Shown: in pieces, positions 50,681 to 61,141 of the stretch | How positions within the stretch are numbered: the stretch's first letter is position 1 | Layout of the letters: each line of letters opens with the position of its first letter | Source: an uncultured delta proteobacterium | GTDB lineage: Bacteria > Desulfobacterota > RBG-13-43-22 | Length of the DNA stretch: 64,000 nucleotides | Reading direction: 5' to 3' | Assembly: GCA_963743305.1 (NCBI GenBank) | Contig: CAVUPH010000007.1 | Coordinates: 128,001 to 192,000 of the forward strand | The notes under the pieces: generated by a model | Told to the model about the DNA's origin: nothing | The model's database searches: none | What the model saw: the letters and a program-made list of their open reading frames with translations, nothing else | Made by a program: the position numbers and the translations under genes

Positions 50681-51427
50681 TTATTTCGGAGGGAGTTTCT
50701 TGATAACCCGGGCCGGAGTGCCCAAGGCGATGCTATCGGGGGGGATGGGGGTGTTTACTAAGCTGTTGGCGCCAATAACCGAATGATTTCCGATGTGACA
50801 ATTTTGAAGCACGATGACCTTGGCGGCAATCCAGCATTCGCTGCCTATTTCCAGCGGCAGGGTTTTGCCGACTCCCATATCCTCCGCCAGATAATCGTGT
50901 TCCCCGCCGCTCATGATCAGGCAATAAGGACCAATAAAGGTATGATAACCAATTCGCAGCAGGGTGGTGGAACTGAGGGTGGCATAATAGCCGATATTGG
51001 ATTCGTCCTCCAGAACGATATCCCCGTTCTTGGCCTGAAGTATGGTTCCCTGGCCGATATAAACGTCGTTACCGATCCGGATCCCCTGGTTGGTCATTCC
51101 TTTCGCATCCAATAAAACGCCGTCATCAATAAACACCCGGTCCCCGATAGTGATTTTATGGGGTGAACGGATGGACATATCCCGGCCGAAGATGACCTTT
51201 TTCCCGACTTTTTTAAAGAGGAAGGGATAAAAAACGGACCGTAAAAAAAGACCAAGTGCCCCGGGAAGCCATCCGAAACAAGTGATAATCATTTCGTATT
51301 TTATGAGAGACCACCAGCTCCCGTCTCCCACCATGAAGGCCTTGTATTTCGAAGCCAGTCCGCCGGAGGAGTCAAAAATGGTTCTCGCTCGAAATTGATC
51401 GACCGGTCTGTCTTTTGGGGTGTCCAT
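50681..51427 (-). CDS. hexapeptide-repeat (LbH) acyltransferase
   Basis: IGDRVFI, IGNDVYIG, IGNHSVIGANSLV, GTPARVIK. Confidence 0.9.
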   Translation of the reverse strand: MDTPKDRPVDQFRARTIFDSSGGLASKYKAFMVGDGSWWSLIKYEMIITCFGWLPGALGLFLRSVFYPFLFKKVGKKVIFGRDMSIRSPHKITIGDRVFIDDGVLLDAKGMTNQGIRIGNDVYIGQGTILQAKNGDIVLEDESNIGYYATLSSTTLLRIGYHTFIGPYCLIMSGGEHDYLAEDMGVGKTLPLEIGSECWIAAKVIVLQNCHIGNHSVIGANSLVNTPIPPDSIALGTPARVIKKLPPK

Positions 51428-51457
51428 GAGTTATCAATCTGACTTGGAAGCCAAAGG

Positions 51458-52861
51458 CTATAAGCCCTTAAGTAATTTGCGAAGGGGTTGGCGAAGTTTT
51501 CCCAAAATCCCCAGCATCCATTCCCCGTAATTGGACAGGAGTACCCGGTAGCCGACGGCTCTGATCTTGGAATAAGGCCAGAAGACCCTAAAGGCAAACC
51601 ACTTCATGGATTTTTCAATCTCCTCCTGCTTAAACTGAGGCATTTCCAGGACGCTTTTTTTATAAATGACATCGTCATCCCCCAACAGGCCGTTTTCTTC
51701 TTTCAGATAGCCTTCTTTTAAACAGAGGTCGTAGAGGTCGGTGCCGGGTAGGGGATAAAAGATGCTGATGCCGGCCACATCGGGCTGAATCTGCTGATTG
51801 AGCCGAACAGTGGCCTGGTGAAGTTCCGGGGTCTCCCCTGGAAGACCGACCATATTCAGTGTTTTGACCTGGAGCCCGACCTCTTTGGCTATTTGGGAGA
51901 CTTCGAGAATCTGCTTATCCGTCATTTTCCTTCTTAAAACGTTACGGCGAAAGGTCTGGTCGCCATGCTCCACCCCGAATCCAACCCGGGTACCCCCGGC
52001 CTCTTTGAGTCGGGTCAGCTTGTCCCGGTCCAGGATCTCCACCCGCCCGGAAAACATAAAGGGAAGGCCGATTTCTTTTTTGTAACGATCGGCGAATTCA
52101 TGGACCAGCTTCCGGTCAATCCAGCAGATATCATCATCGAAGAGAATCTCATTGAAGCGGTATCGGGTCTGCAGCAGTTTGATTTCCTCGATAATGTGGT
52201 TGGCGCTTCGAAAGCGGACGTAGCGTCCCTCCTGAACCTTTCGAATTCGGTGGTTGGAGCAAAAAGTGCAACTGAAAGGACAGCCCCGGCCGGCCAGGAT
52301 GCGAATCTGCGACAGCCCCCAATTATCGATGACCTGCTGATGATCCCTCAATTCCCGGTCGACGAAAGGCAGGCTGTCCAGATCCTGAATCAAAGGACGG
52401 GCCTCATTGCGGATAATCTGGCCGTTCATCCTGATCCAGAGATTTTGGATCCGGGCCACATCGCTTTTCTGATCCAGCGCCCGGGCCAGGTCGAGCAGGG
52501 GATACTCCCCCTCCCCGCGGCAGATCGCATCCAAGCGGGGGGTCTGTTCCAGACATTGAGGATAGATAGTCGGGTGCGGGCCGCCCAGGATGATGAAAGG
52601 GTCCCGAGTCTCCACGGCCTGGATCATTTTCCGGATGAACTGAAACTGAGGGGCCGTGGTGTAGATCCCGATGATTTGAGGTTTGATCCGCTTCAAATCC
52701 TCCTGCCACTTTTCCAGGTAATCCGGGTCAGGATAATAACCAAAATTTATATCGTTATACCCCTGCTGCTTTAGGTAAGCGGAGATGGACATCAGACCAT
52801 GGGCAGCACCCAAGGCCCCAAATCTCTGATTAATTTCGGTTAAAACCAGCAATATCCTCAC
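51458..52861 (-). CDS. cobalamin-binding radical SAM protein
   Basis: LGGPHPT, RGEGE, GRGCPFSCTFC, GVEHG, MVGLPGET, PLPGT. AAGGAG RBS before GTG 52861. Confidence 0.93.
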   Translation of the reverse strand: MRILLVLTEINQRFGALGAAHGLMSISAYLKQQGYNDINFGYYPDPDYLEKWQEDLKRIKPQIIGIYTTAPQFQFIRKMIQAVETRDPFIILGGPHPTIYPQCLEQTPRLDAICRGEGEYPLLDLARALDQKSDVARIQNLWIRMNGQIIRNEARPLIQDLDSLPFVDRELRDHQQVIDNWGLSQIRILAGRGCPFSCTFCSNHRIRKVQEGRYVRFRSANHIIEEIKLLQTRYRFNEILFDDDICWIDRKLVHEFADRYKKEIGLPFMFSGRVEILDRDKLTRLKEAGGTRVGFGVEHGDQTFRRNVLRRKMTDKQILEVSQIAKEVGLQVKTLNMVGLPGETPELHQATVRLNQQIQPDVAGISIFYPLPGTDLYDLCLKEGYLKEENGLLGDDDVIYKKSVLEMPQFKQEEIEKSMKWFAFRVFWPYSKIRAVGYRVLLSNYGEWMLGILGKLRQPLRKLLKGL

Positions 52862-53097
52862 AAAATGCTCCTTTGGAAAATCCTTTCGCCGAGACTCGGA
52901 GGTCAGACTAGATAGGCGGGAGTTCCCGCCCAAAAAGGCGAGGCGTTTGATTTATTAATTTAACACACCTGCGGTTATTAGACAAGGTTTGATGACGCCT
53001 TGAATGGCCCATCACCGGAAGGGTCCCCGGATTATTTTTTTATTTGAGATTTTGACTGGAAAAGTTACTCTATTCTCAGAAAGGTGTTGAAGAAAAC

Positions 53098-54120
53098 ATG
53101 AAGAAAAAGAGTTTAGGGTGGATACTTGCCGCCCTGCTGCTGACGATTATCGGGGTGGGACTTTACAGCTTCGGATTGCGGGCGGTCTACCGTCATTGGG
53201 GCTACTTCTTTCTCAAATCCGCGGAAACCCAATGGCCCGCCGGGTCCCGGGAAAGGATAAAAAATCTATTGGGGGACCTGAAGGGGAAGGTCGTTTGGGG
53301 GTCGAGCCGCACCAAGACCCACCAGCTTTTTCTGATGACCCTTCCGGATCTCCGGATCTACCAACTGACCGATCATCCTCACGTCAGCTTTCACCCCCGT
53401 TTCAGTCCGGAGGGCCAACGGATCGTCTTCGCCCGTTCCCAGCGACCCTGGGTTTCCGAGAGGGACCAGATCCCCTGGGATATTTATATCCTGCATTTGG
53501 CGGGGGGTAAGGAAAGACTGGCGGCCCAAGACGGCAATTTTCCCCTTTGGCTCCCGGACGGGGAACGGATCCTCTTTCTGCGGAAGGATCAAGTGGTGGT
53601 CAAGGATCTGAACTCCGAGAAGGAGCGAGTATTATTTGACGGTCGAAAGCCGCCCTTTGATGGAGAACCGTCCAACCCGGAAATTTGTCCCTGGGACCCC
53701 AAGCTCCTGAGTGTTACCCTCAGGGGTAAGACCTCCGGAATCTTTATCATCAATTTAAAAACCGGGAGCCATTCCCTACTAACTAGTTCCGGCTGTGAGG
53801 CCCATTGGCGGCCGGACCGGCCGGAAATCATCTGGGTGGAGAACGGCGGCCGCGGTGGGACCCGGATTATGGTCTCCCCCATCGACCGGTTTCAGCGAAC
53901 CGTCTTCATGGACCTTCCCTTTTCTTTCAGTCATGAATACTTCCCTCGTTTTTCAGCCGATGGAAAATGGTTTATCTGGGGGGCCTCCGCGGGGGAACAT
54001 GAGCACGATATCGCTGATTACGAAATCTTCCTTTGGAAAGTGGGGACTCCCTGGGAGCAGGCCGTCCGGTTGACCTTTAATTCCGCCAACGATCGGTTTC
54101 CGGATATTTATTTGGAATAG
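53098..54120 (+). CDS. TolB-like beta-propeller (PD40 repeats) protein
   Basis: PRFSPEGQRIVF, PLWLPDG, PRFSADGKW; N-terminal membrane anchor. Confidence 0.85.
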   Translation: MKKKSLGWILAALLLTIIGVGLYSFGLRAVYRHWGYFFLKSAETQWPAGSRERIKNLLGDLKGKVVWGSSRTKTHQLFLMTLPDLRIYQLTDHPHVSFHPRFSPEGQRIVFARSQRPWVSERDQIPWDIYILHLAGGKERLAAQDGNFPLWLPDGERILFLRKDQVVVKDLNSEKERVLFDGRKPPFDGEPSNPEICPWDPKLLSVTLRGKTSGIFIINLKTGSHSLLTSSGCEAHWRPDRPEIIWVENGGRGGTRIMVSPIDRFQRTVFMDLPFSFSHEYFPRFSADGKWFIWGASAGEHEHDIADYEIFLWKVGTPWEQAVRLTFNSANDRFPDIYLE

Positions 54121-54123
54121 CAC

Positions 54124-54177
54124 CAAAAAAAAACCTTTTTCACCGCAAAGGCGCAAAGGACGCCAAGGTTTTTTTTG
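54124..54177. terminator. A/T-stem hairpin between convergent genes enclosing CGCAAAGG-type short repeats
   Basis: AAAAAAAACCTT ... AAGGTTTTTTTT flanking CGCAAAGG-CGCAAAGGA-CGCCAAGG. Confidence 0.45.
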
Positions 54178-57100
54178 TCAGGGCTGAATCCCGGCCTTCT
54201 GCACCACGATCCGGTCGATATAGAAAGGGCTGGTGTTGTGGGAAAAGATTCGGAATTCCAGTTCTTCCTCCTCTTTCAGCCTGAAAGGCAGGATAAATTC
54301 CTGGTAGCGGTCAGCCGCCTCAAAATCGCGGCCGGTGATTTCTTGCTGGTTCAGGATAACGGTTCCCCGCTGGGCCGAAACGTCAATCCGCGCCAGAGGC
54401 CCAGTGAAACCCGGCTGCTTTTTTTCAGCCGGAATCGGGCCTGATAGGCTCCGGGGGGGTAAGTCTGGTAAGGGCCGTAGACCACATAAGCGGGGTGATC
54501 TTCTGCCGGGTTGGTTTTTAAGGCCCATCCCCCTGCGGTTTCCGGATCCTGAACCGGTTTGATCAGATAACGAAATAGATCCAGGGGGCCGAAGCCGGCC
54601 GGCGGAAAGGGGAGGTCGGCGAAAGAAACGACGATCTTATCCGCCCAGGTGGTTTCCCGGCCGAAAGTGTAAAGGCGGAACTCCAGGATCTCCGGTTTAA
54701 GAATTTCAAAAGGAAAAAGAAATCGTTGATAGTTCCCCGCCTGCCGGAAATCCGTGCCGCAAATCTCCTTTCGGGCTACGGATTTTTTCCCCTTAAAAGT
54801 CACCACCTCCGCCAATAGGAGCGGTTGAGGGGAGTCATTTTTCAGGGACTTGACCCTAAATACAGCCTGGTATTTTCCGGAAGGGAAAAACCGATAAACA
54901 TTATAGGCCAATAGCCCACTAGGACCAGCCAAGGCTTGGGTGGCTTTTTTCATCGAAGCCTCCGGGTCAGGCACCACCTGCCCCACGGTGTGCCGCATCT
55001 CCTCGGCCTCCAGGACAACGCCGGTGGATTCCCGGTGTCGAATTGGAGGGCGGTCGATTACTCGCTCCGGGGGGAGGACTTCGAAAAGGGACTGCTCCAT
55101 GTTGGTCATGATCAATTTCAGGTAGGGGGAGTCCATCAGGTTTCTAAAGGCCAAGTGCCCTGAAAAGGGGCTGACTTTATAAAAATAAAGTTCTTGGTGG
55201 TGTACCAGGTGCGTTACACCCAATTGTCGCAGGTGGTCATAGTCCTCCCGGGTTATTTCCCCCACATTCAGACCGATGAGAGGCCAGAAGACTTTTTCCA
55301 CGTACCGTTTGGCCACCACCGGACTATAGCCGTTAACCATGGGTACCCTGGACTGGGTTATATAATATTCGTAGAGGGAGGACTGGTGAGAATCTCCCGG
55401 AAACATGGGTACTCCCAGGGCAACCGGATTTTTTTCCGGCACCCGGTGTAGGGTCTCGTAGACTGGATTACCTTCATCCAGCCGTGAAAGGCCGATTTTG
55501 TTCTGGGGATGATAGTCCCAGACCACCAGGGCGGCTGCCGCCGTTAGAAGGATGACGGGCCTGATCCTTTTCCCGGGCATCCTGGCCTGAAGGCGTCGTT
55601 GAATCCCCTCCAGGCCAAAGGCGACAACGATCCCCCAGCAGAGAAAACTGAGAAAGATGATCCGGGCCGGGTCCCGGGGGTATTTGAAAAAGGGAAAATA
55701 ATTATACATGAATCGGTAAATAGGGAGAACCGGATCAAAATAGGCCCCCAGGGCGATGGCATAACTTAAGATCAGAATCCCCGAAAAAAACCAGAACCGC
55801 CAGCGGTCGGCCCGGTTCCAGGCTGTCGGAGCGAGGAATTGTTCTACCAACAGGAGCAGCAGCAGGAGGGCCGGGATCCAACCCGGATAAACAAACTTTT
55901 CGCTGCCGGTATTATACCGTTTAAAAAGGTCTATGATTTCAGGCGAATAGGAGGTCACCTCGTGCCAGGTCCGTCCCTTCCCGACGATGGAGTCCCCCAC
56001 CAGCTTTTTCCTGTTCTGGAGGGAATATCCGACAGCCAGGGAGATGAACAAAGAGAGCACCAGAACCATTCCGATAATTTTTCGCCAGGGGAGTTCCAAG
56101 AGCGTTCGGGAGGATAAATGCCAGGTTTGACGGCGGTGAAAAAAGATCTTTAGGATGATGATTCCCACAAAGCTAAGGAAAAACAACCCTCTTCGCATAA
56201 AAGCTGAAGAGAACAGGGCGGGATAGGGGGCCAGGAGCAGCAGCAGGGAGGGGAGATAAGAGAGGGCCTCTTTTTTTCGAACCGCCGACAGGGTTTGCCC
56301 AGTGAGGGAGGTCAGCAGTTGACTGGTCAGCAGCCAGCTAAAATAAAACAGCAGCGCATAAAAACCAAGGGTAAACCAGCCGATTAATCCGAACACCTTT
56401 TCCTGATGGAACAGAGCCCGGGTCCAGTAAACGGCAATCCCGGAAAGGAGCCCGAGGATCAGGACCAGGATCAAGGGCCAGAGAGGCCGGTCTGTATCTT
56501 GACGGCGGCTTCCATCCTCTTTCAGCAGTCTCGGACCCAGGATCCGGGCGGGCAGATACAGACACAGAAAAAGGAGGAAGAAATAGAGCAGGTGTGTTTC
56601 CACCATTCCCAGACAAAGAATGCAGAGGCCGGAAAGTACAATGGGCCAATAGCGTCGAGCCCGGTAGCCCTTTTCAAAGAGAAAGAGGGACAGGGGGATC
56701 AAGAACCAGACATAGCCGTTGATATGGCCGGCCAGGAGCTGAGTCTGGCGGCTGGGGGCCAGGGCAAAGACCAGTCCGCCGACAAAGGACGGGAGGGCGG
56801 ACAGGCCCCAAAACCGGACCAGATAATACACCGAAAGGCCGGAAAAAACATAGGTCAAGAGGATCAGGAGGTTATGGGCCGGCACATTTCCGAAAACCGA
56901 CAGGAGAAAGAAAAGGATGGAGACCGGAAACTGGGCATATCCATGCTGGAGATAGCTGCCCGCAATGTGGAATTCGTAGGGATTGGAGAAAAAGGCGGAT
57001 TGGCCGATCAGGTTATCCTTGAAGAGCCAGAACCAGTAGTAGGTCTGGAGATGGTCCCCCGCCACCAGGGGCAGCAGAGCGGCGTTTTCTTCCGGAAGCA

Positions 57101-57227
57101 GGACATAGGGAATGGCTTCCCTGAGGTGCAGGATCAGCGGATAGGTGGCGACAAGGGCAACAAGGCAGTAACCGACCGAGACAATCAGCCATTCCCACCG
57201 GAACCGGTTCTGGGAGTTGTTCCCCAC
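54178..57227 (-). CDS. large GT-C/YfhO-like membrane protein with two C-terminal beta-sandwich repeats, split at an A7 tract (54419-54425)
   Basis: GDHLQ, NPYEF, PRDPARI, MVNGYSP. Repeat EICGTDF...YQRF..PF...LEFR recurs as EITGRDF...YQEF..PF...LEFR in the shifted frame. Confidence 0.75.
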
Positions 57228-57233
57228 GGTCCT

Positions 57234-57323
57234 TTAGAACCCCTTGAACGCTTTCCGCAAGATCTTCCGAAACCCGCGGGCGGTGTCTTTCTTGGGAAAG
57301 CGGTGGAACATTTTAGGCTTCAT
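57234..57323 (-). CDS. putative 29-aa basic small protein
   Basis: MKPKMFHRFPKKDTARGFRKILRKAFKGF*. AAGGCGG upstream; stop is 6 nt before the next GTG start. Confidence 0.35.
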   Translation of the reverse strand: MKPKMFHRFPKKDTARGFRKILRKAFKGF

Positions 57324-57484
57324 AATTGGCCGCCTTACTTTTTCATTTCCCGAGCATTTTATACAAAAAACAGTACCATATCACCAGGAAATGAAACAAG
57401 GATAATCTCGGGATAATCTCCGGAGGTATCCCCCCGGTGGCCTCAGGGCACTGTGCCAATGGATTGGCCGGTCTATTTGTTGAG

Positions 57485-57513
57485 TTGACAGAACCCGGGC
57501 GTCATGGTAAAAA
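57485..57513 (+). promoter_or_regulatory. sigma70-like promoter
   Basis: TTGACA-N17-TAAAAA with extended -10 TG, upstream of the operon starting at 57782. Confidence 0.5.
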
Positions 57514-57522
57514 AAGTGACGC

Positions 57523-57633
57523 TTCGCCCTTTTGGGTGGGTACCCCCTAGATCTGGTATGGCCACGAGGGCCTGATTTCAGTCTAATCTACTAGATATTG
57601 TGGCCACCCACCCAAAAGGGCGAACAACCAAAA
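57523..57633. repeat. GGTTGTYCGC..GGGTGG repeat family, copy C
   Basis: Perfect 19-bp inverted repeat TTCGCCCTTTTGGGTGGGT (57523-57541) / ACCCACCCAAAAGGGCGAA (57606-57624). Confidence 0.75.
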
Positions 57634-57781
57634 AAGTATCACGGAGGGATGAGCGATCGGCTCAAGCCGGTGATTTTGAAGAAGGCTTTCCTTCCGGGGA
57701 ACGAGGGTTAAAAGTCCTCTTCTCTCCCCATCCCGCCCTCGGCCTGGTATCGTTCCGGCGGCCGGCAACGGACAAATCAAG

Positions 57782-58630
57782 ATGAGCGCAGAGATCAACA
57801 GCAAACGGCTGGAGGAGGAGTACCTTCAGCACACCAACTACCATCTGTTCCCCGGCGGCCGGAAGCGTCTAGGGGTTATTATGGAACTTGGTGAGCGGCG
57901 GTCCCGGGACCTGGGAAGACGACTTCGGGTGCTGGATGTAGGTTGCGGAAATGGTTCCAACAGCCTTCCTCTGGCGAGCCGCGGGCATCACCTGTTAGGG
58001 ATCGACATCTCCACCGAGTCGATTCAATATGCCGCCCTGAAGAATTCCTTTCCCAACGCCCGTTTTCTAGTCCATAACCTGATTGAAAAGCCGCTGGACG
58101 AAACCTTCGACCTGGTTCTTTGTTCCGAAGTTTTGGAGCATCTGCCCCATCCGAAACCCCTGGTTCTGGCCATGGCCCGGGTCCTGGAGCCCGGGGGCCG
58201 GCTATTGATTACGGTGCCTAACGGTTACGGGCCCCGTGAGGTACTCGGCCGGATCGAAATCGGTCTGAACCGGAATCGCTCCCTGCAGCCCCTTTTGACC
58301 GGATTCCGCCGTCTGCTGCGGATGAGTTCGGCGGATGAAAAATGCCGGATGCATACTTCCAATCCGGATCAGGATCATGTCCAAAAGTTTACTCCCGGGC
58401 AACTGAGGCGCCTGATTGAATCCGGCGGCCTGAACATTACGGGCTGGGTGAATTCCTTCTGGCTATTGAGCCTTTTCGGAAAGGCCAAGGCCGGGACCAA
58501 CTTCGCCGCCCGAATAGACTCCTGGCTGGCGGACCACGGGCCGAAAATTTTCTCCAGCGGGTGGTACGTGATCTGTGAAAAGAAAAAACCGGTAGCGGAT
58601 GAGGTCGTCGGGAAAAAACAAAATGGATAA
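57782..58630 (+). CDS. class I SAM-dependent methyltransferase (UbiG-like)
   Basis: VLDVGCGNG, GIDIS, CSEVLEHL, VLEPGG. Confidence 0.9.
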   Translation: MSAEINSKRLEEEYLQHTNYHLFPGGRKRLGVIMELGERRSRDLGRRLRVLDVGCGNGSNSLPLASRGHHLLGIDISTESIQYAALKNSFPNARFLVHNLIEKPLDETFDLVLCSEVLEHLPHPKPLVLAMARVLEPGGRLLITVPNGYGPREVLGRIEIGLNRNRSLQPLLTGFRRLLRMSSADEKCRMHTSNPDQDHVQKFTPGQLRRLIESGGLNITGWVNSFWLLSLFGKAKAGTNFAARIDSWLADHGPKIFSSGWYVICEKKKPVADEVVGKKQNG

Positions 58631-59465
58631 TCGTCCTTCCCCGGAGATCCTCTTTTTCGCCGATGCCCATGTTCACATCTATCAGGGTTTTGATGTGCCC
58701 GGCCTGTTGGAAGCCGCCCTAAACAATTTTAAGAGGGTGGCCGAACAACAACGGATCTCACGACCCTGGAAGGCTTTTTTATTCCTGGCGGAAGCCGCCG
58801 GCGAGGATTGGTTTTCCCGCTTTAGCCTTTTGGCCACCGGTCCTCAACAAAAGTACTCGGATAAAATAGGAAACTGGACTTTTAAAAAAACCCGGGAAGA
58901 GTGGTCCCTTTGCGGGGAATCTCAGGACGGGGATGGCCTTTATTTGGTTTCCGGGCGTCAAATCAAAGCCAGCGCTAACCTCGAGGTGTTGGCTATAGGG
59001 ACCCGAGAGCGTTTTCCGGAAGGACTCCCTCTAAAGGAATTGGTGCAAGCCATCGGAAAAACAGGGGCGATGGCGGTCATACCCTGGGGGGTGGGCAAAT
59101 GGCTGGGAGCCCGCGGCCTGATGATAAAAAAGCTCCTTCACGATCCGGAGGTCCCCCGGTTTTTTTTGGGTGACAACCGGAATCGCCCTGTTTTCTGGCC
59201 TCGGCCGGCGTTGTTTGCCGAGGCGGCCGGAAGGGGCTTTAAGACCTTGCCCGGCAGCGATCCCTTGCCGCTGTCGGGACATTTTGCGCTCCCGGGAAGT
59301 TACGGCTTCAGTGCGGAGGGAGTGCTGAATCCGGACTATCCCTGGCGGAGTATGCAAGAAATCCTTTTGGCACCCGATCGTTCCTTACGCCCTTATGGCA
59401 GCCAAGTGGGGCCTGTCGGATTTTTAGGGGCGCAGGTCCGCTTGAAAGTCGGGAAGCGTCCCTAG
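58623..59465 (+). CDS. PHP-like metal-binding hypothetical protein
   Basis: DAHVH near the N-terminus, LEVL, PWGVGKW, PGSDP. Confidence 0.6.
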   Translation: MDNRPSPEILFFADAHVHIYQGFDVPGLLEAALNNFKRVAEQQRISRPWKAFLFLAEAAGEDWFSRFSLLATGPQQKYSDKIGNWTFKKTREEWSLCGESQDGDGLYLVSGRQIKASANLEVLAIGTRERFPEGLPLKELVQAIGKTGAMAVIPWGVGKWLGARGLMIKKLLHDPEVPRFFLGDNRNRPVFWPRPALFAEAAGRGFKTLPGSDPLPLSGHFALPGSYGFSAEGVLNPDYPWRSMQEILLAPDRSLRPYGSQVGPVGFLGAQVRLKVGKRP

Positions 59466-59469
59466 TCAG

Positions 59470-61141
59470 ATGAAAAGAAAACCGGAGGTTCTGGCAGACG
59501 GTCCGTTTGATGTCCTGGTTATTGGGGGGGGCATCCACGGCGCTGCGATTTTCCATGAAGCAGCCGCCAGCGGCTTCCGGACCGCCTTGATCGAACAAGG
59601 GGACTTCGGCCAGGGAACGTCGGCCAACAGCTTAAAGATTATTCACGGCGGCTTGCGCTATCTCCAGCAGGCCGACCTTAAGCGGGTCCGGCAATCCATC
59701 GGCTGTCGGAGAAAAATGATGGCCTTTGCCCCCCACCTGATAAAACCTCAGCCCTTCCTTATCCCGGTTTACGGCCATGGAATCAAGGGAAAAGAGGCCC
59801 TGGTCCTGGCCCTGACGTTGAACGATCTTTTTGGTTGGGACCGCAACCGAAATCTGCCTGAAAATAATCTTCTCCCCCCGGGTCGGGTCTTGTCCTCTAC
59901 CGAATGTTTGCACCAAATCCCCCATCTGGATAAAAAAGGTCTGACCGGGGGGGCGCTCTGGTACGACGGCCTGGTTCAACACACGGAGCGTCTGACGCTG
60001 GAGTATATTTGGTCGGGCTGGGATCAGGGAGGAGTGGCCGCTAATTATGTCCGGGCCCGCGGTCTGGTATTAGAAGCCGGCGAGGTCCGGGGCATTAAAG
60101 CCGAAGAGGTTTTCTCCGGGACGGAATTTCCCATTCGGGCCAGGATGGTCATCAACGCCTCCGGACCCTGGTTAAACGATCTTCTGGACCCGTTGCCGCG
60201 GCCTCCCCGGATCGCCGCCGATTGGGTTAAGGGTCTTAATCTGATCGTTCGCCGTCCCCTTTTCGGGGAATATGGGATAGGGCTCAATGGGGTCTCCTCA
60301 AGCGGTAGGAAGCCGGGATCCCGTTTTTTCTTTTTTGTTCCCTGGCAGGGGCAGACCATGATCGGTACAGCCTATACCCGGTCTAACGGCCTGGCGGTGC
60401 AAGCCCGGATGGAAGAAAGCGATTTGGATGGCTTTATAAAAGAGATCAACACCATCTACCCCCCGGCTCAATTGACCAGGAAAGGGGTGTCCTTTTATCA
60501 TTTCGGCCTCCAGCCGGTTTCCGAAGGGCAAGCCAGCAACGATCCCCATCCTGATCCGGACCGGCACTCGTTGATTTACGATCACGAATCCCGGGATGGA
60601 CTAAAGGGGCTGATTTCCGTAAAAAGCACCAAATACACCACCGCCCCTCAGTCAGCCGAAAAGATACTGATGCTCATCAGGGCCAAATGGAATGAACCTG
60701 CCGGGTCGTCCACCTCCCCATCCCGGTCTCCCTCCAATGATCAGAAATCGGTTGAGGACGATTTGCGACAGATTTCATTACCTGTACAAGGGGGGGCTTC
60801 CGCAGCCCTGGCCGCTCATTTTTGGCAAAATTATGGCCCGCGGAGCCGGGAAGTGATCCGAAATATTCGCCAGGCGCCAGGGACCTTTCGCCCAATCTCT
60901 TCTGAACCCCCTCTGTTCGGCTGACGAAGTGCTTTATGGCCTCCGGGAGGAAATGGCCCTGAGGCTCTCCGATGTCGTTTTCCGACGAACCAGCCTGGCC
61001 CGGAGCGGCCTTCCGTCTCTGGACACCCTGTGGCAGGTGACCCAGATAATGGCTCTCGAACTGGGGTGGGATGAAAAACGTCAACAAAGGGAAGTCGAAG
61101 AGGTGGTCCGAGTCTATGAACCTCTGAGGGAGAATAAATGA
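59470..61141 (+). CDS. FAD-dependent glycerol-3-phosphate dehydrogenase/oxidase-like protein, frameshifted near 60917
   Basis: IGGGIHG, GTSANSLKIIHGGLRYL, INASGPW, KYTTA. C-terminal EEMALRLSDVVFRRT lies in another frame. Confidence 0.88.

Noticed and set aside
60922-60924. TGA in the GlpD-like gene (and at 44874) as selenocysteine or recoded stops
   Set aside because: The conserved continuation is in a different frame, so these are frameshifts and not readthrough.
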